Source: Calditrichia bacterium (GTDB taxonomy: Bacteria; Calditrichota; Calditrichia; RBG-13-44-9; J075). From it: 35,480 bases of DNA. Made by a program: the position numbers and the translations under genes. Under the pieces are notes generated by a model that did not search any database, was not told the DNA's origin, and saw nothing but the letters and a program-made list of their open reading frames with translations. Each line of letters opens with the position of its first letter. Positions within the stretch are counted from its first letter, which is position 1. The DNA is taken from contig JBOEGD010000029.1 of assembly GCA_050633245.1 (NCBI GenBank), positions 1 through 35,480 on the forward strand. The letters are read 5' to 3'. Positions 8,667 through 17,268 of the stretch are shown here, one piece after another.

Positions 8667-9350
8667 TTACTCAGAAACAGGTTGTACCAGGCCGGAGGTA
8701 TCGTTGCGGGAATTATTGATTTCGGTAGAAACGGGCAGAATCTCAAGTGCACCTTCGAAAGGCTGCATAAGTGCATTAAGTTGCCCAAGGTTAGACAAGG
8801 ATGCATCAAGCCAGAGCTTTTCGTTCTGCTCGCTCAATATCACCGGCATTCGATGGTGATACGGCTCGACTTCGCTATTTGCAGGCACGGTAATCAGCGA
8901 ACAGCTGTAGCGTTTCTCGCCCTCCGGGCTTTGCCAGACAGAATAAATCCCACCAAGAGCAAAATCGTTACGATTGACTGGCGTAAAGCGATAGGGAACT
9001 TTTTTTCCACTCTCTTTGCGCCATTCAAAGAAATGATTCATCAAAACAATACAGCGCTGACGGCGAAGCAGATTTTGCTTAAACCCTGCCTTTTCGAAAG
9101 AATCAGAGCGACTGTTAAACATGGCATATTTGGATTTGAATTCGTTTGCAAAGGAGGGAACCAGTTGCCAGAACATTTCGCGACAACCAAGACTGCCATT
9201 GTTCTTTATGTGAATAGCAGGGATATCGCGGTAGGGGGCAGCATTATATGAAAACGGCTGCTTATAAACATCGGGCATCGGGAAGCCGAAGCGTTCTTCA
9301 AACGCTTCGGGAGTCATCTTAATGGAATAAAGAGCAAAGCGACCGCACAC
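8667..9350 (-). CDS. SOS response-associated peptidase (SRAP; YedK/HMCES abasic-site protecting protein)
   Basis: The likely true start is GTG 9350, giving M-C-G-R-F (catalytic Cys2); YNAAP, W.LVP, FNSRSD, RC, FFEW (Glu), HHRMPVIL, VS..IN..RND; GAGG upstream. The 9539 start in the track overlaps pfkB and is rejected. Confidence 0.9.
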   Translation of the reverse strand: MCGRFALYSIKMTPEAFEERFGFPMPDVYKQPFSYNAAPYRDIPAIHIKNNGSLGCREMFWQLVPSFANEFKSKYAMFNSRSDSFEKAGFKQNLLRRQRCIVLMNHFFEWRKESGKKVPYRFTPVNRNDFALGGIYSVWQSPEGEKRYSCSLITVPANSEVEPYHHRMPVILSEQNEKLWLDASLSNLGQLNALMQPFEGALEILPVSTEINNSRNDTSGLVQPVSE

Positions 9351-9372
9351 AGTAAAGAACCTCGATAGAATA

Positions 9373-10287
9373 TCAGGTATAGACGGAAACCGCCCCGATT
9401 TCAGTAATAGCTTTTGCGGCCCAGGAGTTGGCAAAGCGCCCCCACTCCATAAGCTGCTCCGTTCCGAATCGTACTGGCGTCTCGAATTTTTCGTGCGCAA
9501 GCTTCGACAAGAAAGCTGCAAGGAAGGCATCCCCCGCACCGGTGGTGTCTACCACCTCAACATTTTCGGCCTGCACAAAAACCCGATGCTCCGGCGTAAT
9601 GAAACGCACACCGGCATCTCCTTCCGTCATAATAAGCAGCGAAAGCTGTTTTTGCACCAACTGTTCCGGAGAGGCATGAGAAAAAAAGGCCGTCCAGTCT
9701 TCAACGCTGAGCTTCAGAATGTCTACATAACTGAGCACCTTGTTGAGTCGTGTTTGCACTTCACCACGATTGCCAACCAGATCGAGTCTAATATTTGGAT
9801 CAAAGGAAATGAGACAGTTTTGCTGCCGCGCCTCACGCAAAATACGAAGCGTAGTGCGAAATGTTGTTTCTCCAAGCAGAGCAACGCCACCAAAGTGTAA
9901 CACAGCCGCACCTTCCAGCTGGGTCATATCTACATCATTCGAACGAATATAGCGTTCGGCACTGTCTTTATTATGAAACTCAAAGTAGCGTTCACCGGCT
10001 TCGTTCAATCCAACAAAAGCAATTTTAGTCGGATGAGCGGGGTCAACACGAATTCCATCGGTGCTGAGCCCTATCTGACGCACCTTATCGACAAGATAGC
10101 GGCCAAACGAATCGTCTCCCACCTTGCTCCAAAGCACGGGCCTCACACCATGGTGCTGCAATCCGATAGCCACATTGGCCGGAGCACCACCGGGATGTTT
10201 ACAAAATCGATTCACCTGCGAGAGCGTTTTCCCCGGCTCATCACTGGTAAAATCGACAATTAATTCACCAAAACATATTACACGCAT
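9373..10287 (-). CDS. PfkB-family carbohydrate kinase (fructokinase-like)
   Basis: GGAPANVA, KVGDDSFG, SFDPNIR, LKLS, DTTGAGDAF; AAGGAG SD. Confidence 0.9.
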   Translation of the reverse strand: MRVICFGELIVDFTSDEPGKTLSQVNRFCKHPGGAPANVAIGLQHHGVRPVLWSKVGDDSFGRYLVDKVRQIGLSTDGIRVDPAHPTKIAFVGLNEAGERYFEFHNKDSAERYIRSNDVDMTQLEGAAVLHFGGVALLGETTFRTTLRILREARQQNCLISFDPNIRLDLVGNRGEVQTRLNKVLSYVDILKLSVEDWTAFFSHASPEQLVQKQLSLLIMTEGDAGVRFITPEHRVFVQAENVEVVDTTGAGDAFLAAFLSKLAHEKFETPVRFGTEQLMEWGRFANSWAAKAITEIGAVSVYT

Positions 10288-10337
10288 ATCCTGCTCCTTC
10301 AGGCACTAAATCTCCCTACTCCCAAAAACATTTTTAC

Positions 10338-10357
10338 ACTGTAAGCAAACTTACAGT
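10338..10357. promoter_or_regulatory. Candidate transcription-factor operator (LacI/cre-like arms)
   Basis: Perfect inverted repeat ACTGTAAG-CAAA-CTTACAGT, 50 nt upstream of the pfkB start. Confidence 0.45.
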
Positions 10358-10474
10358 ATCGCCAGCGCGGTCGCAACTGGAATTCATCAAAAAAAGACGT
10401 ATCTATTCAATATTTTCAACATCAAAGAACATAGATAAACGTTGTGAGAATGTGATTATCAGCATTAATTTGCC

Positions 10475-10504
10475 TTGACAAAAGTCGATGTTAGTAATTA
10501 TGTT
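10475..10504 (+). promoter_or_regulatory. Sigma70-type promoter of hrcA-dnaJ
   Basis: TTGACA-N18-TATGTT, about 20 nt upstream of the hrcA ATG. Confidence 0.55.
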
Positions 10505-10525
10505 TCAGACTTATAAAACCAGACG

Positions 10526-11563
10526 ATGAAGATCATGAATCTTACGGAACGCGAAAAGATAATTCTGGGCGAGATTGTTCAGAATTTTATAGAAAACGGA
10601 TCGCCGGTCAGCTCCTCCTCGATAGCAACAAGTCGACGAATTAGCATGAGCGCTGCTACCGTTCGATCCGTCATGTCCGATTTGGAAAAAAAGGGCTATA
10701 TCCACCAGCCTCATACCTCGGCAGGCCGTGTTCCTCGTACTACCGCTTATCGCGCGTACGTAGATGGAATGATGAAAACATCACGTCTCAGCCCGTCTGA
10801 AAAAGATTCGATTCGCAGCCCGATTCATCCGGAAAGCGAGCTGGAAGAAATTCTGCGTGAAGTAAGCCGAATTCTCGCACACCTTTCCAGACAGCTAGGT
10901 ATTATCGTAACACCGCGAATGGAAGATGGAATTTTTGAGCGCATGGAACTGGTTCGGCTATCCTCTAACCGGCTTTTGGTCGTAATTACAATTGAGTCCG
11001 GGCTGATTCGTACGATACAGGTCGAAGTTCAATCCACTTTAAAAGACGATAATCTTCATCTGGTAACGCAGCTGTTAAATGAACGACTGTCGGGATTAAA
11101 GATTTCTGCCATACGTACGAACTTCGACAATATTGTAAAAGACATCAAACATGAAGAAAGCGGTCTTGTTCGCATCTTTACTACGCGGGCCAAACGCATG
11201 TTCGATTTCGGCGAAGATGCCGATGTTTATGTAATGGGCACTCACCATATCATGCAGCCGCAGGATTTTAGTGATGTGCAAACCGTTTCGTCAGTTGTCG
11301 AAATGGTTGAGGACCGCAAAGTGATTATCCACCTGTTGGACTCCTCTGAAGAAAAAACAGATTTAGTAGTGCGAATTGGTGAAGAGATGCAGCAGGATGG
11401 AATGCAGGAATGCAGCATCATCAGCGCTCGCTATCACGTTGGAAGTATTTCGGGTATCCTTGGCGTTTTGGGACCAACGCGGATGAACTACAGCAAACTG
11501 GTTCCGCTGGTTAATTTTACCGCACAAGCTCTTACAAACGCACATGGAGAAGATCAGGCATAG
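10526..11563 (+). CDS. hrcA: Heat-inducible transcription repressor HrcA
   Basis: LTEREK.IL..IV..FI..G.PVSS, S.ATVR..M.DLE..GYI.QPHTSAGRVP....YR.YVD, G.LGVLGPTRMNY. Confidence 0.95.
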   Translation: MKIMNLTEREKIILGEIVQNFIENGSPVSSSSIATSRRISMSAATVRSVMSDLEKKGYIHQPHTSAGRVPRTTAYRAYVDGMMKTSRLSPSEKDSIRSPIHPESELEEILREVSRILAHLSRQLGIIVTPRMEDGIFERMELVRLSSNRLLVVITIESGLIRTIQVEVQSTLKDDNLHLVTQLLNERLSGLKISAIRTNFDNIVKDIKHEESGLVRIFTTRAKRMFDFGEDADVYVMGTHHIMQPQDFSDVQTVSSVVEMVEDRKVIIHLLDSSEEKTDLVVRIGEEMQQDGMQECSIISARYHVGSISGILGVLGPTRMNYSKLVPLVNFTAQALTNAHGEDQA

Positions 11564-11589
11564 AAACCTGATCGCAGAAGGGGATTTTT

Positions 11590-12771
11590 ATGGCAGCAAA
11601 ACGGGACTATTACGAAATACTTGGCGTCAGTCGTGAGGCAAGTGAAGGTGATATCAAGTCAGCTTATCGCAAGATGGCAATGAAATATCATCCAGATCAG
11701 AACCCTGACAATGATGAAGCTGAAGACAAGTTCAAAGAAGTTGCGGAAGCATATGAAATATTAAGTGATCCCGGTAAGCGTGAACGCTATAACCGCTTTG
11801 GCCATGAAGGTGTGCGCGGTGCTGGCGGTGCCGGAGGCTTTGGCGATATCGACCTGGCAGAAGCGCTTCGGAGATTCATGGAAGAGGGCTTCGGAATTGG
11901 CGATATATTCGGCGGTGGTGGACGCGGCGGAAGAACCGCCCGGCAGCAAGGGCGCGATCTGCGTATCAATCTTGAAATGAGCCTGGAAGATATCGCTGAA
12001 GGCGTTACCAAAAAGCTTAAGATAAATAAGCTTACGAATTGCGAAACCTGCAAAGGCAGCGGAGCAAAAAAAGGGTCTGAAGCCAGCACTTGCCAAACCT
12101 GCCAGGGCAATGGCCAGGTTCGCCAGGTTTCCCGAACGGTATTCGGTCAATTCGTGAACGTTACAGCCTGCCCAACATGTAAGGGTGAAGGCCAAATGAT
12201 AGACGACCCTTGCGGAAGTTGTAATGGAGATGGACGCGTCAAGGGCGAAGAGACGATAGAAGTTTCAATCCCTGCCGGTGTCAGCAGCGGTCAGTATCTT
12301 ACCGTTCAAGGCAAAGGTGATACCGGCCCACGTAGCGGACCAGCAGGTGATTTAATCGTTGTGATTCAGGAAAAAGAACACCCCCTCTTTACACGCCATG
12401 AAAATGACGTCATTTTTGACTACTATGTCGGCTATCCCGATCTGGCGCTGGGCATCAATACAACCGTGCCTTCTCTACAGGCGGAAAATAGCGACCTAGA
12501 GGAAAGCGACGTAAAGCGCTACAAGCAGCTGGAAATAGACATTCCATCCGGAACGCAGCCGGGTAAAATCTTCCGCCTGCGCAAAAAAGGTCTCAGCGAT
12601 CTTCAATCCGGGCGCAAAGGCGATTTATTGATTCAGATTAAAGCCTGGGTTCCGACCAAGCTCTCTGCTCGTGAAAAAGAATTAATGGAAGAACTACGTC
12701 AATCTGAAAACATAATGGCTCCGCAAAAGGGCAAAAATTTCTTCCAAAAATTTAAAGAAGTATTTAGTTAA
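11590..12771 (+). CDS. dnaJ: Molecular chaperone DnaJ
   Basis: [13 protein letters not shown] motif, G/F linker, four CxxCxGxG repeats, C-terminal domain. Confidence 0.97.
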   Translation: MAAKRDYYEILGVSREASEGDIKSAYRKMAMKYHPDQNPDNDEAEDKFKEVAEAYEILSDPGKRERYNRFGHEGVRGAGGAGGFGDIDLAEALRRFMEEGFGIGDIFGGGGRGGRTARQQGRDLRINLEMSLEDIAEGVTKKLKINKLTNCETCKGSGAKKGSEASTCQTCQGNGQVRQVSRTVFGQFVNVTACPTCKGEGQMIDDPCGSCNGDGRVKGEETIEVSIPAGVSSGQYLTVQGKGDTGPRSGPAGDLIVVIQEKEHPLFTRHENDVIFDYYVGYPDLALGINTTVPSLQAENSDLEESDVKRYKQLEIDIPSGTQPGKIFRLRKKGLSDLQSGRKGDLLIQIKAWVPTKLSAREKELMEELRQSENIMAPQKGKNFFQKFKEVFS

Positions 12772-12847
12772 TCCCCGCTTGTTACTCCCCCGCGTGTTTA
12801 ATTCGCCAAAACATCTTTTTTTGGCAACCTTCTCTTATGGAGGATAT

Positions 12848-13282
12848 ATGTACTTTTCTCAATCGCAGCAGCGAGCTCTATTTTTTGCGGTATTACTCTT
12901 CATCCTCTCAATCGGTGCACGTACGTTATGGCATTATAAAAGTAGCTCAGCCAGCCACGACTTCAGCGCTTTTCATGCAAGATATCTGACTAAGCTCACT
13001 GAAATTCGGCATGCAGAAAAGCTGGATTCATTAACACTGCTTGCCGCTTCTGAAGAAACGAAGACACATCGGAACATCTCAGTTACCGCTCAGAAGGTAA
13101 ATCCCAATTCCGCAAGCAAAGAGGATCTGCAAAGCCTGCCTGGAATAGGTCCTAAAATGGCTGACCGTATTATTCACTTTCGCAACCGGAATGGTAAGTT
13201 CAGGCAAGCAGAAGATTTATTGAACGTTAAGGGAATCGGGAAGAAAAGTCTTAAAAAAATCAGACAGCAGCTTTCATTTTAA
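12848..13282 (+). CDS. ComEA-family helix-hairpin-helix DNA-binding membrane protein
   Basis: N-terminal TM; VNPNSASKEDLQSLPGIGPKMA.RI..FR...G.F...EDLLNVKGIG.K; GGAGG SD before ATG 12848. Confidence 0.88.
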   Translation: MYFSQSQQRALFFAVLLFILSIGARTLWHYKSSSASHDFSAFHARYLTKLTEIRHAEKLDSLTLLAASEETKTHRNISVTAQKVNPNSASKEDLQSLPGIGPKMADRIIHFRNRNGKFRQAEDLLNVKGIGKKSLKKIRQQLSF

Positions 13283-13451
13283 AATGGTATCCCAAGTATA
13301 GTAGAAAAGTTATGCGATGTATCGGGGTAAACACATTGTGGCAGCGCCTCGCCTATGCTCAAAGTAATCAAAAATGAATCTGCTGGAAACATCCGAACGT
13401 ATATCTAAAAATTGGCACTTTATGCAGGTAAGTAGTAAATTATGAAACATT

Positions 13452-13466
13452 AGCTGTATTACAGCT
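13452..13466. promoter_or_regulatory. Candidate operator palindrome upstream of the cytochrome/YceI/DUF5777 operon
   Basis: AGCTGTA-T-TACAGCT perfect 7-bp arms. Confidence 0.35.
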
Positions 13467-13550
13467 TACTTCTAAACAAACGAGCTTTATTACAACTTCT
13501 AAACCATGTGAAACCAAGCAATGGTACACGCTACCAATCAGGGAGTATTT

Positions 13551-13991
13551 ATGAGAGTTAAGTGCACTATTTTTTCTATCCTTCTTACCGCGGCATTGAT
13601 GACTGCATGCGCTGAGAATATAACAGAGGCCAGAGAAGAAGCGGGCCAACAACAGATGATGAGCCCCAATTTAATGCGCGCGTCGTTTACTCAGATACAA
13701 GATTCTGTGTTAACACCAACATGCGCCATATCGGGTTGTCATGGAGATCAGATCTTCCCAAACCTCAGCGCTAACCAGTCCTTCGGCAATATCGTTAATC
13801 AGGCGGCTTCGAGTGGACTTTATATTGATCCGGGTGATGCCGAAATGAGTTATTTGTTTCTCAAAGTAAGCCGCAACACTGGTGACCCGGCTATTAGTGG
13901 AAATCGCATGCCACGCAACGGGACTCCCCTGACTCAGGCAAAACTGGATTCCATCCGAAAGTGGATTAACGATGGGGCAATGAATAATTAA
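13551..13991 (+). CDS. Lipoprotein with a single atypical haem-c motif (CX4CH), cytochrome c-like
   Basis: Lipobox LMTAC; CAISGCH; distal RMP; LT..KLD.IRKWI.DGA.NN; GGGAG SD before ATG 13551. Confidence 0.7.
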   Translation: MRVKCTIFSILLTAALMTACAENITEAREEAGQQQMMSPNLMRASFTQIQDSVLTPTCAISGCHGDQIFPNLSANQSFGNIVNQAASSGLYIDPGDAEMSYLFLKVSRNTGDPAISGNRMPRNGTPLTQAKLDSIRKWINDGAMNN

Positions 13992-14033
13992 TAATTACCA
14001 GTTCTATATTTACTATATTTCGTGGAGAAACGA

Positions 14034-14621
14034 ATGACGCGCAAAACACTGACTATACTTATTTCCCTGATGTTATCTGCCATTGCCATCGCAGGAGAAT
14101 GGCATGTGGACAGCTCGGCAGAGAATCTTGTAAAGTTTACCTCCTCAGTTTCCGTACTGACGTTTGAAGGCACAACGGACAAAGTAGACGGCTATGTGTA
14201 CTGGGAAGGCGATGAGATGTTTAAAGAAAAGAGCCAGGTTTATATTGAAGTCGACCTGAACTCTGTAGAAACCGGCATCGGTAAACGAGATCGCGATATG
14301 CGTGACGTACTCAATGCCAAGGAATTCCCCGCTACGACATTCACCGGGATCTTTGAGAATGCTACAGCGGTCGAAGGCATGGAGAATGCCTGGAATGTGA
14401 CGGTCAAGGGTATTTTCATGGTAAATGGCGCAGAGAACGAAATCAGCGTCCCCGGAAAGATTACTATGGAAAACGGCCGCATGCACGTTGTGGCAGACTT
14501 TATGATTTTGTTAAATGATTACAATATAGAAGCCCCCTCGCTTGCCGCATTTATTAAGGTGGCGCAGGAAATTAAGCTGAACCTCGACTTCTATTTGAAA
14601 GAACAAAAAGGCGAAGAATAA
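14034..14621 (+). CDS. YceI-family periplasmic lipid/polyisoprenoid-binding protein
   Basis: Signal peptide; VDLNSVETGI.KRDRDM...L.A.EFP..TF; G...VNG; F.I.L.DY.I..P; GGAG SD. Confidence 0.88.
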   Translation: MTRKTLTILISLMLSAIAIAGEWHVDSSAENLVKFTSSVSVLTFEGTTDKVDGYVYWEGDEMFKEKSQVYIEVDLNSVETGIGKRDRDMRDVLNAKEFPATTFTGIFENATAVEGMENAWNVTVKGIFMVNGAENEISVPGKITMENGRMHVVADFMILLNDYNIEAPSLAAFIKVAQEIKLNLDFYLKEQKGEE

Positions 14622-14643
14622 TATAATACCCCAAGGAGACCAT

Positions 14644-15504
14644 GTGAAGATTACAGGCATTCTACTCTTCTGCTTTCTGCTTTCACTTTCGTTAGCAGCA
14701 CAACCGAAGTGGAAGAAGAAAACCCCGGCTAAAAAGCTGGATCTGGAGCTTTTTCATTCGACAATGACAGCAAACTTCCCCACCACCGAGACCCTAAAAA
14801 AAGGCGATTGGGAATATGAAATTTCACACCGCTTTACCGGACGGGTAAACGATGGCTTTAGTGAACTATGGGGAATTGATGGGGGATCGCGCATCCGGTT
14901 TGGATTAAGCTATGCACTTACGGATCATCTGATGATCCGCGGTGGGCGAACCAATGTGCAGGATAATTATGATCTGTCGCTAAAATACAAGTTCTTGCAG
15001 TTGCGCAATGAGGCTTTGCCAATGGCAATGGCCATTCGGCTAGGTGGCGCATGGAACTCTGCCGAGGTTAGCGGGCGAAATCGCTCCGACTCAAAAAACT
15101 TCCAGTTTTTTTCGCAGCTGGTGGTAAATACTATTCTGCAGGAAAAATTCGCTATCGGTGTTGTTCCTTCCTATGTTTACAATAGCGACTCTTTTTCACC
15201 AGAGAAAGAATACACCTTCTCGCTGGGCAACTATTATCAGTATTACTTCAGCAGCAAGTATAGCGCTTTCGTAGAGTATAGTCCGATTATCTCCGGTTAT
15301 CAGGGCCCAATCCAATTCGGTATAACACAAAAGTCTTTCAATTCTCTATCCTATGGTTTTGACATTGAAACTGGCGGACATTTCTTTCGTTTATTGCTAA
15401 CAAACAATACCAGATTGAATACATCGCAGTTTTTGGTGGGAGGAGTTCGATCGGTAAGTGATAATGAGTGGAGTATCGGTTTTAACATTACTCGATATTT
15501 ATAG
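14644..15504 (+). CDS. DUF5777-like outer-membrane beta-barrel protein
   Basis: Signal peptide; ISHRF, WGIDG..IRFGLSYA.TD, G.DIETGGHFF.L.LTN, IGFNITR C-terminus; AAGGAG SD with GTG start. Confidence 0.8.
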   Translation: MKITGILLFCFLLSLSLAAQPKWKKKTPAKKLDLELFHSTMTANFPTTETLKKGDWEYEISHRFTGRVNDGFSELWGIDGGSRIRFGLSYALTDHLMIRGGRTNVQDNYDLSLKYKFLQLRNEALPMAMAIRLGGAWNSAEVSGRNRSDSKNFQFFSQLVVNTILQEKFAIGVVPSYVYNSDSFSPEKEYTFSLGNYYQYYFSSKYSAFVEYSPIISGYQGPIQFGITQKSFNSLSYGFDIETGGHFFRLLLTNNTRLNTSQFLVGGVRSVSDNEWSIGFNITRYL

Positions 15505-15512
15505 ATTTTTTT

Positions 15513-15538
15513 TGAAACCTTGGCAAATAGGCTCCGTA
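15513..15538 (+). promoter_or_regulatory. Candidate ECF sigma-factor promoter
   Basis: TGAAAC-N16-CGTA, identical in form to the SigW-type ECF consensus; followed by GTCTAA. Confidence 0.5.
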
Positions 15539-15545
15539 GTCTAAG

Positions 15546-15608
15546 TTGTCTCTTAAATATACCTCCTCACATGGGCCGCCGGCTTTCTAAGCTGGCGGCT
15601 TCTTTTTT
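15546..15608 (+). ncRNA. Candidate small regulatory RNA with an anti-Shine-Dalgarno seed
   Basis: Lies between the ECF-like promoter and an intrinsic terminator; ACCTCCT at 15561-15567 precedes the terminator stem; no ORF. The 5' end is approximate. Confidence 0.4.
15575..15608 (+). terminator. Rho-independent terminator
   Basis: GCCGCCGGCTT-TCT-AAGCTGGCGGC stem followed by TTCTTTTTT. Confidence 0.85.
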
Positions 15609-15620
15609 GCCCTGTACTAA

Positions 15621-16007
15621 TCAGCTTTGATGTGGCTTGGCTACTGGACGCGGCTGAAGTTTATGTTCTCCAAAAAGAATATCGGTGGTTCGGCCAACCA
15701 GTGAACCAGCCAATAGTTCACCTGCAATCTTTTGCCCCTCATCATTAATAAGTAAGCAGCGAATACGCATTTTTCCTTCTCTGGAAAAAGCAAAAAGACC
15801 AAGTATGCGCCAATTTCTCTCAAGAAATTGAATCGTACTATCAGCAGACTCTCTCAACATTACTGCACGCAAATCCCCAATCGCTGTCAGAATAAACACA
15901 TTTTTAAAAGCGTTTGTAGCTATAAAGTTTTCAATAGAAGAAAGAACATCATCGTTTTCTTTCAGACGGAGCATATGCGTAGAAAAGCGTTTATTATCAA
16001 TATACAT
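15621..16007 (-). CDS. PPC (DUF296) domain protein, degenerate
   Basis: HMLRL...DDVLSSI..F.......F.LTAIG.L..V.LR; G..IAG.L..GS.V..T. Canonical His residues are absent. Confidence 0.65.
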   Translation of the reverse strand: MYIDNKRFSTHMLRLKENDDVLSSIENFIATNAFKNVFILTAIGDLRAVMLRESADSTIQFLERNWRILGLFAFSREGKMRIRCLLINDEGQKIAGELLAGSLVGRTTDILFGEHKLQPRPVAKPHQS

Positions 16008-16155
16008 CTATTTTGTCCTACATATGAGTCAACACAAAATCGTGCAAAACGGGCATTTGTAAAATGTAGATGAAAACAAAACTAAAATCAATTCATTCTT
16101 TAATCAATCTTGCTACTCACTCAAAGTTACGCAAGAAATTGACCGAATACAGTTT

Positions 16156-17268
16156 CTATTCAACCATCGATTTTTCAGCAAGTGCTAACCCGGTAGACGT
16201 CAAGGTCATGATGTTATTATCAATAGCCAACAAACCCTCGCGCTGAGAAATTCGGGTAATTTTACCTGCGAACTCTTTTTCCCAACGCAAATGTTCGTGC
16301 ACATCACGGACATGACATTCCCTCTCACGTTCCTCCGGTTTACCCTGATGGTTTAGCAAATGCACCGCTAACATCTTTTGAGCAAATTCAATACGTTGGC
16401 GCGCTTTTCTTTGTGCGATAGCAATTAGACCGCGATAAGGAGCAAAAAACAAAACGAGTCCAAATACCACACCAGTCATCGTTGCCATAGAACCGGCAAT
16501 GTTTACATCAAGAAGGTTTGCAAGCCAATAACCACTTATCGCTGAGAATACAGCAATAATAGCACTGATAACCAGCATTCGGGACAAACGATTTGTTATC
16601 AGATATGCAGCGGCGGGTGGGGCAATCATCAGTGCTACAACCAGCACGGCACCAACAGCGTCAAAAGCGCCAACTGCGGTAAGTGAAACCAACGACATCA
16701 GCGAATAATGAATGAGCACAGGTGAGAAGCCAGCGGCAGCAGCCATACCAGCATCGAATGAGGCAAACTTAAGCTCTTTATAAAAGAGTGCAATAAAGAC
16801 AATATTCAGCACCAATATGGCACTCATCATATAAGCCGCACGTGGTCCGAGATCATATCCATCCCAAACCAAACGGTCGAATGGAGCAAACGCCAACTCA
16901 CCCAATAAAACGGCATCGACATCCAGATGGATGTCTCCCGCATAGCGTGAGATAAGAATGACGCCAATGCTAAACAGTAGTGGGAAAACCAGCCCGATTG
17001 CCGCGTCCTCACGAACAAGCCGAGTTCGATGTAATGATTCTACCATTACAACAGTTAGCAAACCCGTTAAGGCTGCTGCAACAATCAGGAGCGGCGAGGC
17101 GACATCATGTACAACAAAAAATGCCAGTACAATGCCAAACAAGATAGCATGTCCGATGGCGTCACTCATCATCGCCATCTTGCGCAGAACTAAAAACACG
17201 CCGGGCAATGCGCAGGCAATTGCAACAATAACGGCAATCAATTGAATTTCCAGCTGAGCACCCGTCAT
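16156..17268 (-). CDS. Mn/Fe/Zn ABC transporter permease (MntD/TroD-like) with a C-terminal DtxR-like extension
   Basis: GVFLVLRKMAMMSDAIGHA, HLDVDAVLLGEL, YKELK..SFD, AFDAVGAVLVVALMIAPPAAA; ATGA overlap with the upstream gene. Confidence 0.9.
   Translation of the reverse strand: MTGAQLEIQLIAVIVAIACALPGVFLVLRKMAMMSDAIGHAILFGIVLAFFVVHDVASPLLIVAAALTGLLTVVMVESLHRTRLVREDAAIGLVFPLLFSIGVILISRYAGDIHLDVDAVLLGELAFAPFDRLVWDGYDLGPRAAYMMSAILVLNIVFIALFYKELKFASFDAGMAAAAGFSPVLIHYSLMSLVSLTAVGAFDAVGAVLVVALMIAPPAAAYLITNRLSRMLVISAIIAVFSAISGYWLANLLDVNIAGSMATMTGVVFGLVLFFAPYRGLIAIAQRKARQRIEFAQKMLAVHLLNHQGKPEERERECHVRDVHEHLRWEKEFAGKITRISQREGLLAIDNNIMTLTSTGLALAEKSMVE

Noticed and set aside
8628-9251. 207-aa plus-strand ORF
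   Set aside because: It lies almost entirely antisense to the well-conserved SRAP gene and has no recognisable motifs.
9351-9539. N-terminal extension of the SRAP ORF in the track
   Set aside because: SRAP needs Cys at position 2, the extension overlaps pfkB, and GTG 9350 has an SD-like GAGG.
10459-10500. Possible CIRCE element upstream of hrcA (TCAGCATTA...)
   Set aside because: Only a weak left half; there is no matching right half at 9-nt spacing.
13385-13468. Additional ECF-type promoters (GGAAAC...CGTA; TGAAAC at 13443)
   Set aside because: The spacing is wrong (7 nt) in the first, and no CGT lies 16 nt downstream in the second.
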